From IMG/VR virus record IMGVR_UViG_3300031952_002809, positions 1 to 64,000 of that record: a stretch of DNA of 64,000 nucleotides; one strand, written 5' to 3'. Shown one piece after another: positions 19,401-28,208 of the stretch. How positions within the stretch are numbered: position 1 is the stretch's first letter; every line of letters begins with the position of its first letter. Source of the stretch: a virus. A program made the position numbers and the translations under genes. The notes beneath the pieces are model-generated. The model did no database searches and was not told the DNA's origin. It was given only the letters and a program-made list of their open reading frames with translations.

Positions 19401-20801
19401 TTTTATTTCTTTACCACAACCACAAGCACATGTTCTTGGCCATGCCCACACAGGCCATTTATGGTTAGTTGTGCATGTTATTTCTTTGTTTCCCCATAAT
19501 TTTATTTTAGTTATGTTTTCTGGTATTCCTTCACACCAGTTATCCGTAACTTTTTGAGACAAACCGTCTTTATCCAATACGAAGTCCCCTTTAGAGACAT
19601 TCTCAATGTTTTTTATACCGCTTGGTGTAGTTATTTGCGTTCCTTCAGTGAAACAGGCGTACGTAGAGGCTCCGGTCAACATCTCTTTCGAAACGCCAAG
19701 GGCTATCATTTTCTTTTCGCTTATTTCTTGCCATTCTTTATCGAGACGCATGACTTTGTCAGCAACAGTCATGTATTCTACTTGAAGTCCGTAGTGATAG
19801 ATAAGGCTGAAATTTGGGTCGAAATTAGCATTTTGAAGCATTTGGGCCAGGGCTCTCTGATGAGATTCATCAGGAATCCATCCCTTTTGTGGGTCACCGA
19901 GTTTGAATATTTTTAATGGATAAATGAAGTTGTCAGCTATTGTGATTTGGGCTTCGCGGAGCTTGTCTTCATACATCAATAATCTGAACAAGCGATTCAG
20001 TAGTGATGTTCCACGAATATCGTAAGGATTGCTTCGACGAGCAATATGAGTCACTTCTCGTGAATCCAACATTATATTCTTTCCGGTAAGAACCCGGCGA
20101 ACGACTTCTTTCGGTAAACGTTTCTTAAGTTGCTGGTCTTCTGGTTTCGTCGAATGAACTATTTTTCTTAATTCATCGTCAGGTCTGAGTTCGATAACTG
20201 ATTCAGAATCAGCAAACGGGGTTGTTCTTACCTCAACAAAGTCGGGGTTGTGTATGATAATGTGACTCCACATTCCCTTAGACTCATCCCAGGGAGTGTG
20301 AATAAACACTTCTCCAATCTTCATGAACTCAAGGTCAATTGCAGGCAACATTGAGAAGAAATTTGTTTTATCCAAACAATCCTCAATATGTCTTTTAATC
20401 ATGGTATCATCAACGATGATTTCTGCTCGAGAATAGGGTAACTCAGCATGAAGTTCAAGAACTGCACCAACGAATTCATCATGATCGAAGAACCACCGGC
20501 ACCATCTATTCTTTTGACGAATATTTCTAGGTAAGTAGATTGCTGTTGTAGTTATTTCAGGATCATAGAAACGGCGTGATGGGTTACGCAATACATTATT
20601 TGAACCCATTCCACCCATTCCAGCCATCATCATCTGATTAAACCCGTAGCCAGTTCCTCCAGTAAACCCAGTAAAGGTTGCTCCCTTCTTATCCATAAGT
20701 TCAGGGTCTGCTTCAGCAAATATGGATCGGGGAACCATATCCTGAAAGTTTTTCATCATATCTGACTGATCGGATTTGATCGGGTTGTCTTTTGTTGTCA
20801 T
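16458..20801 (-). CDS. Portal protein with an intein and a long C-terminal extension
   Basis: VTHIARRSNPYDIRGTSLL, YEDKLREAQ, PLKIFKLG, GASTYA|SANVGL motifs of large-phage portals. Confidence 0.8.
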   Translation of the reverse strand: MTTKDNPIKSDQSDMMKNFQDMVPRSIFAEADPELMDKKGATFTGFTGGTGYGFNQMMMAGMGGMGSNNVLRNPSRRFYDPEITTTAIYLPRNIRQKNRWCRWFFDHDEFVGAVLELHAELPYSRAEIIVDDTMIKRHIEDCLDKTNFFSMLPAIDLEFMKIGEVFIHTPWDESKGMWSHIIIHNPDFVEVRTTPFADSESVIELRPDDELRKIVHSTKPEDQQLKKRLPKEVVRRVLTGKNIMLDSREVTHIARRSNPYDIRGTSLLNRLFRLLMYEDKLREAQITIADNFIYPLKIFKLGDPQKGWIPDESHQRALAQMLQNANFDPNFSLIYHYGLQVEYMTVADKVMRLDKEWQEISEKKMIALGVSKEMLTGASTYACFTEGTQITTPSGIKNIENVSKGDFVLDKDGLSQKVTDNWCEGIPENITKIKLWGNKEITCTTNHKWPVWAWPRTCACGCGKEIKAGKAYAHSIGQPVQRPLLKQLDCNRATINRKHQVGVPIEYNPIMELTAENIKAWDFLMIPRKFNEIQANVTADKARLLGYFLAEGNYSKHARTKELTGINLTFNVTERDTLVKEAKELCEKIGIPIIQIEEKTGSLRLRSANREEFKDIVLWFKENAGEYSHQKKLSEEAMRWPVELKKELIKGMFKGDGCHQVRKRTGQHTLSYTTTSEVLANQVELILAQLGFPVNWVVQTNTIRNLTSKYKRKKTYRLDIYGKFACDLESIIWGDAARFNVDSTKEFNSQKAWIDDNYVYTMIRSVETIKNTKKVYNLTVENTHSYLTRNIGTFNSANVGLQMQLARYRAKRDLFEVRWMMDKFFRIMAEKNEWYKRDAREILGHYRVTRSAEEKRQRLIMPKMMWHKKLMMRDDQQFLTFLNNVYAQGKGPISAITLLMGMGLDVESELRNKSRQKEFEDMIGEYIQTPAVTGPATPPPGGMGAMAKLKDKLKFGKKEKEEEAPKPDESIDREFVGHADKEKKLMEKSAALLQEENSDIDLTNNIIPVNADAWNKNISSPNVPPEVIFAMTSYDNKLRSFQKKYNGNFKEGIAENSKDLLKSLVDIYVQGKLAAYNWTNFLPIYRQHYAQGDDLRDYSDIVLSNEFEEWIFDLSKMAMDKDKLYKHVRDLSNTCFCYGQLKGFQEQGIYNVKVSNSESMDGLRYTVGELNKKGKNLSSIVSPMGEIVMFSPCIEGFDDEDFGNSVDPNIKRYKDSYLAGIQVKNCPVEFGPFLERYINKFGKYLKKEYDNVVFVSDVINLPAWEEEQTKRIEAELRDIKAEVKQYVLLNRLSQDKFSKIGKVPAYKHGKTMYISNWIGMEDTPITENLLKYLPVTDESLYKNVEKVFKTASNDLTKDELNTYRIFGYIQPLYDGNEEIMGWRAIEGINKVDGVDEKVVFGKNWDSTGKCASSYTREPRQLFEDNIRLWIDYPNKLNATIKTWFENI
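18417..19655 (-). mobile_element. Intein (413 aa, LAGLIDADG) in the portal
   Basis: Starts CFTEGT; TTNHKW block B; LLGYFLAEG and IKGMFKGDG; ends VYNLTVENTHSY..TFN before Ser. Confidence 0.9.
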
Positions 20802-20821
20802 TTATTCACCGCGCTGCTGTG

Positions 20822-23800
20822 TTATTTCTTGATGTATCTACCTAATTCTTCTCTTAAAACGAGAATGGCATTACGTATCTTATCATCTTTAATAGTTTCG
20901 GCAGGAATATCTAAAACACGCTCAAGTAAACTTGAAGATGAGGTAATAGACTCTGAGCCGCCCTCATATTTTTCTAGAAGTGCTACAGCATCTTGATATT
21001 CTGAATCTTCTTGAAGTGTTTGCAGATGATCTTTATATTTCTGAAGTTGTGCTTCTTGATAATCGCTAAGGGATTCCCCTGTTTTTTCAGAATATATACT
21101 TTCTATGTTGGACTCAGCTGCTTTAATTTTAGCTTCGTGCTCGCTTACATAATGTCGAGCTTCATTGATAGTATTAATACGAGATTGAGTTTTATCCATA
21201 TTGGAGTAGTCAGTAAGCCATTCATTAATCAGCTGTAGTGTTTTCTTTTTTCCCTCAATTTTATCTTTTGTTGTCTCAAGATAGTTCTTATACTTATCCA
21301 ATGCAGCTTTAGAAGAACCAAGAAGTTTTTCTTCTTTTTTCGAATGCATCGATTCTCCTGAAGTTCTTCCGTAGGATTGAGTGAGAGATTTAGAATATGC
21401 TTTGCCGGATTCCTTTTCGATAAGTTTAACTTCTTTTTCGATAGAAGATATTTCAGATGAACTTAATTTTGGATCATACTTTAATCTGAAAATAAGATAA
21501 TTAAGCTCATCTCGCTCATTTAATAGAGTTTTTTTGTCTTCATCGTTTAAATACTTTCCAGTAACTTGCGCTTTATCAAGAATACCTTGAATGTATCCAA
21601 CCTTTGTTGATAGCGCTCTTAGGTTAACTGTGCGATCAGAAATACCTGTGTCATAGTCAGACCATTTAGAATTTAATTTTTTAACCAGTGCTTTCTCATC
21701 TTTGGTTTTTTCTTCATTCTTTGGAACTTTGGCAAGAATAGATTCAAGTTTTTCTAAATAGGATTCTTTATCCGCAATAGCAGTTTCTATATCTTTCTTT
21801 TCAGTAGCATCAAAGGTCTCATCGGATTTTTGTACCAATTCTTGCAGCTCTGCGTGCACCATGTTAATTTCATTTCTAAGCGAACCTTCTCCAACTGCTG
21901 TATAAGCCGGTGTGGGGTTATTTGGACGCGCTGCATATTTATGAGATTCGCTTGCTGCAGCATTGAGAATGCTTGAGGATGCTTGCTGAGTTAATGTCTT
22001 CCACACACTAAGAGTGCTGTACCAATTTCTATTCTTAGAATCGACTGCTCCAGGAGATACAGAAACGTCTCGAGTTGTGTAAATACCTCGTAGCACATCC
22101 TCCCCTGATCTGCCTTCTTCATAGTCTTCATATGCAGGTTTTCTTATATCACCAAGATATACAATAGATTGTTTCTTTTGTGGATATAATATTGAATCTG
22201 CAAAATTGTGCATACGCAGGTCACGCATATCAGCTCTTTTTGTAAGCTCTGTCAATCTAGTTCTAAGCGTGTTTCGCTTTGAATTTTCAACTTTGAGAGA
22301 GTCCTTTAGCTTAGCTAAGACAGTATCTATCGTAGTTTTATCGCGCACTGCTTTTGCATAGACAGAAGCCTTATATTCTGCATCAGGATCAGTAGCTTTT
22401 ATTTTTCCAGTAAGAGATATACCATTTTGTTTTAATTGTTCATCAATGATTTCTTTATTTCTGCTCAATTCATCTATTGTAGCTTGTATGTTGGGTATAG
22501 TCGATGTTACTAGTGTATTAAGAGTATTGGCTGTTTCAAGTATATCTTTATTCTTTCCAGCACCAACACCAATTAATGCTGTAGAAGCTTCGTCAGCTTT
22601 TGTTTTTGAATCTTTTGTTGCATTGAATAATACGCTCTTTAGATTATTTACTTGAGAGAGTATATCTTTCTTTATTGTTTTTTTTATAAGAGAATCGTTT
22701 TCAAGTGATCCCAATAACATATTTTTCTTATATTGCTGCACAGCTTGTTCAGCTAAAACTTCTTTCAATACTGCTGATTTTCCAGCATCAGCAAATACTT
22801 CTTTAAGCTTCGCAGAATCAACAATATTTTCTCCGAGTATTGAGTTTATTGAACGGTATAGTATATTCATACTGCCAGTGAGATCCTGCAAATGTCTTTC
22901 ACTCACTAAAGTAAGTGAATGTCCTGCTTTTTCGAGTATCTTCGCAAAATCTTCTGTGGATGTAGCTCCGATAGATCCTACTGTGGCAGATGCTTGTTCC
23001 TCTTTTGGTATTTCTTTTAAGGCAGCAGCAAGTTTTACTACATTACCAGTACCATAAATATTATCTTTATTTCCTTTTCCAAAATTCAATAGATCATTCA
23101 CAGATTGACGCAGAAGATCAACTGTTACTCCATGTTTCTCCAATGTAGTTTTTACTGTTGCTGATTCTTCTGGATTTGTAGAGATAAAATCTATAAGTTT
23201 TATTAGCGGATCAATCGCAGTTCTCGACGCAGATATAGCATTATTGATTTTTATATCAGCAACACCGCCCATACCATATGCAGAAGAAGCTTCTCCTGTA
23301 AGTATCTGATGCCGCCGTTCGGGGTTTTTTAGCATTGTTCTAAACTTTTCAGCAGTATCTTCTCTATCAGAATATCTTTTTGTTACCATTCCGAATTCTT
23401 CTGGGTACTCTAACAATTTAGATGATTCTTTGCTTAGCTCAACCATATTATTTTTTACTTCAGATTTGCTGGCAAGGTATGCATCTTTTGTTTTTGCAAG
23501 TTCAGCTTTCATGAAGTCGAGCATATTTTTATTTATCACACGTATATTTTCTTGATTCTGATCGTAAGCTGATAAACCTGCGATAAGCGTATCCTTCAAT
23601 CGCAATATAGCGCTCTCAGACATAGCATTTTCTCCATCTTCCTCTATGTCTGTAGCAAGTTCTATCTCTGCTTCAGAAATTTCAGGGATGCGGATTTGTT
23701 CTCCTTTTGGCAGAATCGTATTTAATTTAGTTAACCTTTTTACTATCTCATCTCCAGATAACTGATCGGGGTTTTCTTCTCCAAGAGCATCGAAAATAAT

Positions 23801-25381
23801 TTTATATTTCTCTAATTTCTTTTCTGCGGACTTAAGCATACCTTTGTATGCTTGAATTTGCTTTTCATATGAATTTAGTATATTTATCTCTTCTGCATGC
23901 CCTGATGCTTTTTTTGATTCAATGCCATGCGAGATTAAATCTTCTAGGACTTTAAGTCTATGTTCATTTTCTGCAAATTGAACATCATATGCTTTTCCTG
24001 ACAATGTTCCTTGTAGTTGACTATATAGGCCGGAATCCTCTTGAATTTTTTGTATAAGTTGCTGTGCGTAGCTGACTTCTTTTGAAGAACTCACTTGTGC
24101 TTCTTCATCTGTGAGTTGAGTACCACTTATTATCTTATTAGCGATAGATACATAATTCGGATCAATTGAAGAAAGCTTATCTCGAGAATCTTTTATAAGA
24201 GCAAGAAGATCATTCAGCTGCTGTGACACAGCAGCTTCTTTTTTAGCAAAGCCTTCAATTTTTTTATTTTTCTTAATGAGCTGTTCACGCTCATAAACAT
24301 TTTTTTGTAAATCTTCGGCTTCGGTAAAAACATTACTTTTGAGTGATCTCAAGTAGGTATAATATGTATTGTATCCTTGTTCTGCTTGTGCTAGCATATT
24401 CTCAAGACTTGCTATAGCTTGTCGTGGTCGTTTCGGTATACCTTTGCGTTCTGGATCTTCCTGGTATATTTCAGATACTTCTTCTTTTTCTCCTCCAGGA
24501 AAATACTCAGATGGTATATTCTCATGCAAACCATCTGGAAATTGATCAGGGTTAATATATTTTTGAGGTAAATTGTCCTTAAATTCCGTAGTAATTTGGC
24601 GAGAATAACCTCGTACTACTTCAGAAAGTTTTTCAATATTATTTTGAATCAGTGTGATAACTGAGTTATATGCAGCTCGGGCAGATTCGATTCTATCTTC
24701 TTTTACTGCCTTCTCTGCTTCTCGAGCTTTGCTTGAGTATGATGCCTGCTCATTTTCAGAAGCTTTAGCTACTGCCTTACTCATATCATATTTATCTACT
24801 GGTGTTTCCGCGTATCGATAGATAGTTTGAGGATTGTCTTTTGTTCCAATCTGCTCTTTGACAATTCCCATGTAAGGTGAATACGTATCTATGAACTTTT
24901 GAACTCCTTCTCTATCATTTGAATTAACTGCAGTTTCAAATGTTGCTATATCGTTTTTTATAGTTTTACTTGTTTCTTCTGATTTCTTTATAACATTCTC
25001 TTCAAAAGATTTAACAAATGTTTCCAACTGCTTTATATAAGTATCTCCTTCTTCAAAGAGAATACCTGTATGCATAAGTTTTTTTGGCTGGAGCTGGTCT
25101 GGTTTTTTTCCTTGCTTTCCAACTTCTCCAAACCAGAAGGTTATCCAGTCGTTTAGAGAAAAAGGATCTCGAGATTCCGAGACAGCATGCTTAACACGAT
25201 AATCGTCTTGCATAGCTTCAATAATAACTTCCAATAAGGTATCACTTGCATCTGCACCGGCATATTTTCTGAGTTCACCAGCAATAAATTCAGCAGTTGC
25301 TTCAATCTCTATATAAGCCAGCGCATGCTTAAGCTCTTCCTCAGAGAGAGTATTCATAAATTGATCTAAATAAGAACTCAT
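20822..25381 (-). CDS. Very large alpha-helical hypothetical protein, 1519 aa (possible internal head protein)
   Basis: Long K/E/S-rich ORF with no Cys, next to the portal; no catalytic motif recognised. Confidence 0.7.
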   Translation of the reverse strand: MSSYLDQFMNTLSEEELKHALAYIEIEATAEFIAGELRKYAGADASDTLLEVIIEAMQDDYRVKHAVSESRDPFSLNDWITFWFGEVGKQGKKPDQLQPKKLMHTGILFEEGDTYIKQLETFVKSFEENVIKKSEETSKTIKNDIATFETAVNSNDREGVQKFIDTYSPYMGIVKEQIGTKDNPQTIYRYAETPVDKYDMSKAVAKASENEQASYSSKAREAEKAVKEDRIESARAAYNSVITLIQNNIEKLSEVVRGYSRQITTEFKDNLPQKYINPDQFPDGLHENIPSEYFPGGEKEEVSEIYQEDPERKGIPKRPRQAIASLENMLAQAEQGYNTYYTYLRSLKSNVFTEAEDLQKNVYEREQLIKKNKKIEGFAKKEAAVSQQLNDLLALIKDSRDKLSSIDPNYVSIANKIISGTQLTDEEAQVSSSKEVSYAQQLIQKIQEDSGLYSQLQGTLSGKAYDVQFAENEHRLKVLEDLISHGIESKKASGHAEEINILNSYEKQIQAYKGMLKSAEKKLEKYKIIFDALGEENPDQLSGDEIVKRLTKLNTILPKGEQIRIPEISEAEIELATDIEEDGENAMSESAILRLKDTLIAGLSAYDQNQENIRVINKNMLDFMKAELAKTKDAYLASKSEVKNNMVELSKESSKLLEYPEEFGMVTKRYSDREDTAEKFRTMLKNPERRHQILTGEASSAYGMGGVADIKINNAISASRTAIDPLIKLIDFISTNPEESATVKTTLEKHGVTVDLLRQSVNDLLNFGKGNKDNIYGTGNVVKLAAALKEIPKEEQASATVGSIGATSTEDFAKILEKAGHSLTLVSERHLQDLTGSMNILYRSINSILGENIVDSAKLKEVFADAGKSAVLKEVLAEQAVQQYKKNMLLGSLENDSLIKKTIKKDILSQVNNLKSVLFNATKDSKTKADEASTALIGVGAGKNKDILETANTLNTLVTSTIPNIQATIDELSRNKEIIDEQLKQNGISLTGKIKATDPDAEYKASVYAKAVRDKTTIDTVLAKLKDSLKVENSKRNTLRTRLTELTKRADMRDLRMHNFADSILYPQKKQSIVYLGDIRKPAYEDYEEGRSGEDVLRGIYTTRDVSVSPGAVDSKNRNWYSTLSVWKTLTQQASSSILNAAASESHKYAARPNNPTPAYTAVGEGSLRNEINMVHAELQELVQKSDETFDATEKKDIETAIADKESYLEKLESILAKVPKNEEKTKDEKALVKKLNSKWSDYDTGISDRTVNLRALSTKVGYIQGILDKAQVTGKYLNDEDKKTLLNERDELNYLIFRLKYDPKLSSSEISSIEKEVKLIEKESGKAYSKSLTQSYGRTSGESMHSKKEEKLLGSSKAALDKYKNYLETTKDKIEGKKKTLQLINEWLTDYSNMDKTQSRINTINEARHYVSEHEAKIKAAESNIESIYSEKTGESLSDYQEAQLQKYKDHLQTLQEDSEYQDAVALLEKYEGGSESITSSSSLLERVLDIPAETIKDDKIRNAILVLREELGRYIKK

Positions 25382-25392
25382 CTGATGCCTCT

Positions 25393-26865
25393 TTATAACA
25401 TAATGCCAAGTATTTGTGCTACTTTTACAATTTGTTCTTTTGTAAATGCTTCGTTAACGATAAGTCCAGTATCTTTAAACTCAGCGACTTCTGGACTATC
25501 TTCAGTAACCGCTTTAAGTTCGCCGCCAACATTGATAAGAAAAACATCCTTATTATCGGGAGTTTGCTGTTTAGTAACGTTAATAGTTTCACCGGTTACT
25601 TGATCTAATATAGTTTTTTCCTCCCCGGTAGGAATTTCAGCGAGGGTATCGGCCATTTTTTTAGTAAATCCAAACTTTAATAGTCCATCATAATTAAACA
25701 CAAGAGCTCCTGCAAAAGGATCGCTTGGATCTTCTATATATTCCTGAACAAGTTTTCTATCTACGTCCTTAACCTTTTTCCATTTTTTGTATAAGTCTTT
25801 ATCAATTCTATCTTTTGCTACTAACCAAGACCAATATGCTGTAGAATCGATATCATTTTTTGCAAGATACTTATCAGTTGTTTTCCGTTTAGCATCTTGT
25901 GTAATAGGAGCTTTCTTCTCCCGCTCGTACTTGGCGAAAGCAGCACTAATCCATTTCTGAAAATCATAGTATGCCTTCTCATTAAAATTAGGATTCGTAA
26001 TTGCTTTATCATACAGTTTGTATGCTCTTTCATCAAACCCAGGAGTTTTTTGTACTTCGACAAATCTCCTTATTTTTGGAAGAGCATCATGGAACCCAGC
26101 CGGATCGAGATCTCTTTTTTTCAGTTTCTTAATTCGCTCGGCAACACCATCAGTAGAATCTTCTTCACCAGAATCCGCGTCTGACAAAGACTCTTCGTCT
26201 TCTAAGAACAGAGGTTCATCCTCCCGTGAGAGAGAAGTTGCGTATGGTTCATCGGTCTTGGGTTTTTGACGTTTTGTAACACGAAAGTCTTTGTTCAATT
26301 CGTCTGGTGAAACTTTTATTTCATTCCCGTCAGCATCTTTTAATACATATACATCCTGGCCTGACTTTGTTTTTTCTTTTCTGATTACGAGATATACATC
26401 TTCTGTAGATTTAGAAACTGCGAAAATAATATCCTTGTTTCGAAGTTTTTCGAGCTCAAGCTGTCTTCTCTCGATTGCTTTTTCTTCTTCTGGAGATAGT
26501 TCTTGATTATAAGCAGGTGTGGGTGACACAAGTTCTCTTTCTTGTCGTTCTGTTAGACCTTCTTCTCTACGAAAGCGTGCTGAAGCTTCTTCTGGTGTTT
26601 CTTCGTGCTGCTGCGTTTCCTCATATTCAGCAGGAGCAGTCAGATCCCGCTTTTTAAGAAGCAACTGTTGCTGCTCTGCTGCATATTTTATAAAATCTAT
26701 ATCAAAATTAAGTACCACACCATTAGAAGTAGCATAATGGCTTTTAACATTACCTTCTTGCTGAAGCAATGCTACTATCTGATTTACGTACTGTAGTGGA
26801 TTTACTGAAATATCGTGGGATGTTTCTATAACAGCAGTTCTTGAATTGACAAAATAACCCAGCAT
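25393..26865 (-). CDS. Hypothetical protein, ~490 aa
   Basis: RBS AAGGAG before ATG 26865. Confidence 0.7.
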   Translation of the reverse strand: MLGYFVNSRTAVIETSHDISVNPLQYVNQIVALLQQEGNVKSHYATSNGVVLNFDIDFIKYAAEQQQLLLKKRDLTAPAEYEETQQHEETPEEASARFRREEGLTERQERELVSPTPAYNQELSPEEEKAIERRQLELEKLRNKDIIFAVSKSTEDVYLVIRKEKTKSGQDVYVLKDADGNEIKVSPDELNKDFRVTKRQKPKTDEPYATSLSREDEPLFLEDEESLSDADSGEEDSTDGVAERIKKLKKRDLDPAGFHDALPKIRRFVEVQKTPGFDERAYKLYDKAITNPNFNEKAYYDFQKWISAAFAKYEREKKAPITQDAKRKTTDKYLAKNDIDSTAYWSWLVAKDRIDKDLYKKWKKVKDVDRKLVQEYIEDPSDPFAGALVFNYDGLLKFGFTKKMADTLAEIPTGEEKTILDQVTGETINVTKQQTPDNKDVFLINVGGELKAVTEDSPEVAEFKDTGLIVNEAFTKEQIVKVAQILGIML

Positions 26866-26910
26866 AAGTGTCTCCTTGGTAAGTAGTATAGTGTGCAACG
26901 GCTGGAACTA

Positions 26911-27510
26911 TTATTCAGCATCATCATCTGATGAATCGATATCCTTAGCAAGTTTATCTGCTAGTTTGTCCAAAGAAGTTGTATTTATAAACGCCATCTT
27001 GAGATCATTCAGAAACACGGTAGCATTATCTGTACCCAGCTCTGAGAATATCTGGCGTTTTTCTTCATCAGAAAGTTTTTGAATATTTTCCTCAAGGAAA
27101 TCGATAGGGAGAGACAAACCTGACCCTTTTTTCGATTTTTCAAGTTTCGCCTCATTAAATGTTTTGGTTGCTTCAGTCTCTTTGGCTTTGACATCACCCG
27201 TGAGCGTAAGTTTGGTGGGGTGTTTTTTATAATATCCATCAGAAACATCCTGAGCAATACGTAAAACGACATCAATACTGCCGTCAGCACGCAGAAAACA
27301 TTTTTCGGCTATCTTTACTTGAATTGATGGGAATTTTTCTTTGTAAGCAGTGGCTGCCGCTTTTTCAATTGGCTGCACTGCGATGAAATCTCTATTACCC
27401 ACACCTTTAGAATCAGCACGAATCCATTTTGTGAGATCGAGATCGATAAGTTCCTCTTGTGAAAAAGAAACTAATCCTTTACCTGAGTTTATCTTTACTA
27501 CGTTAGCCAT
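26911..27510 (-). CDS. Hypothetical protein, first gene of the minus-strand arm
   Basis: RBS GAGGAG; 199 aa. Confidence 0.75.
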   Translation of the reverse strand: MANVVKINSGKGLVSFSQEELIDLDLTKWIRADSKGVGNRDFIAVQPIEKAAATAYKEKFPSIQVKIAEKCFLRADGSIDVVLRIAQDVSDGYYKKHPTKLTLTGDVKAKETEATKTFNEAKLEKSKKGSGLSLPIDFLEENIQKLSDEEKRQIFSELGTDNATVFLNDLKMAFINTTSLDKLADKLAKDIDSSDDDAE

Positions 27511-27571
27511 TTTTCTATTCTCCTCAGTTCTATAACTAATATATTATTGCTTCACCTTCCCGGCTGATTGT

Positions 27572-27601
27572 AAATATAACCTGAATTTATGTTTTTTTAG
27601 G
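27572..27601 (-). promoter_or_regulatory. Candidate late promoter at the head of the structural arm
   Basis: CCTAAA-N17-TATATTT. Confidence 0.6.
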
Positions 27602-27638
27602 TTAATTTTTATTTTTTGCAGCCTTAAAGAATTTTTTG

Positions 27639-27666
27639 TTGACAAGGATATTCAATAGCTTTTAAT
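27639..27666 (+). promoter_or_regulatory. Sigma70-like promoter toward the replication arm
   Basis: TTGACA-16-TTTAAT. Confidence 0.45.
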
Positions 27667-28208
27667 CCTGGGTGTTGCTTCTTGGAGAAAGTCTCATTTT
27701 TTATAAATTAGCCTCAATCGAGAAGCGACATAAGCAAATAATACGTTCATTACTCTAATATTTAGAAAAACAGTATCAGTTATCAAAGCTGGCATTGCAT
27801 ATATTCTTTTATCTAAATAATATCGTTTTTACCCTGTAGAGGATGTGTTTTAGTTGATGTGTGTATCATGTATACCTGTATACAATCCGATTCTTTTTTG
27901 AATCATCCAGCACATTCCTACTACCTTTTCAAGAAATAATATTTTCTATGGTTCATAGTAGACATCTGGTAGAGAAAACAAAAATAGTAATCAGATTCAT
28001 AGGAAGTGAGGTTGGAGTACTGGAAGGTAAAAATGTGCAAAATAATTCCAACGAGTTATCTCTTTAAAAATTATCTTCTTTCCAACAACAATCTATCCCT
28101 AACACCGCGATATACACCATATCGCGTATTATTTTTTTATTACACAGTGAGGTTCTATGTCTAAGCATGCCCACAGGATATCCCATTCAGTTTTTTATAG
28201 GAGGACAT

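Noticed and set aside
23623-23640. Internal GGAG+ATG in the 1519-aa gene
   Set aside because: Explained by Gly-Glu codons; no independent domain-boundary evidence
27861-28067. 68-aa ORF in the divergent intergenic region
   Set aside because: GTG start without a convincing SD and no recognisable features; cannot be supported
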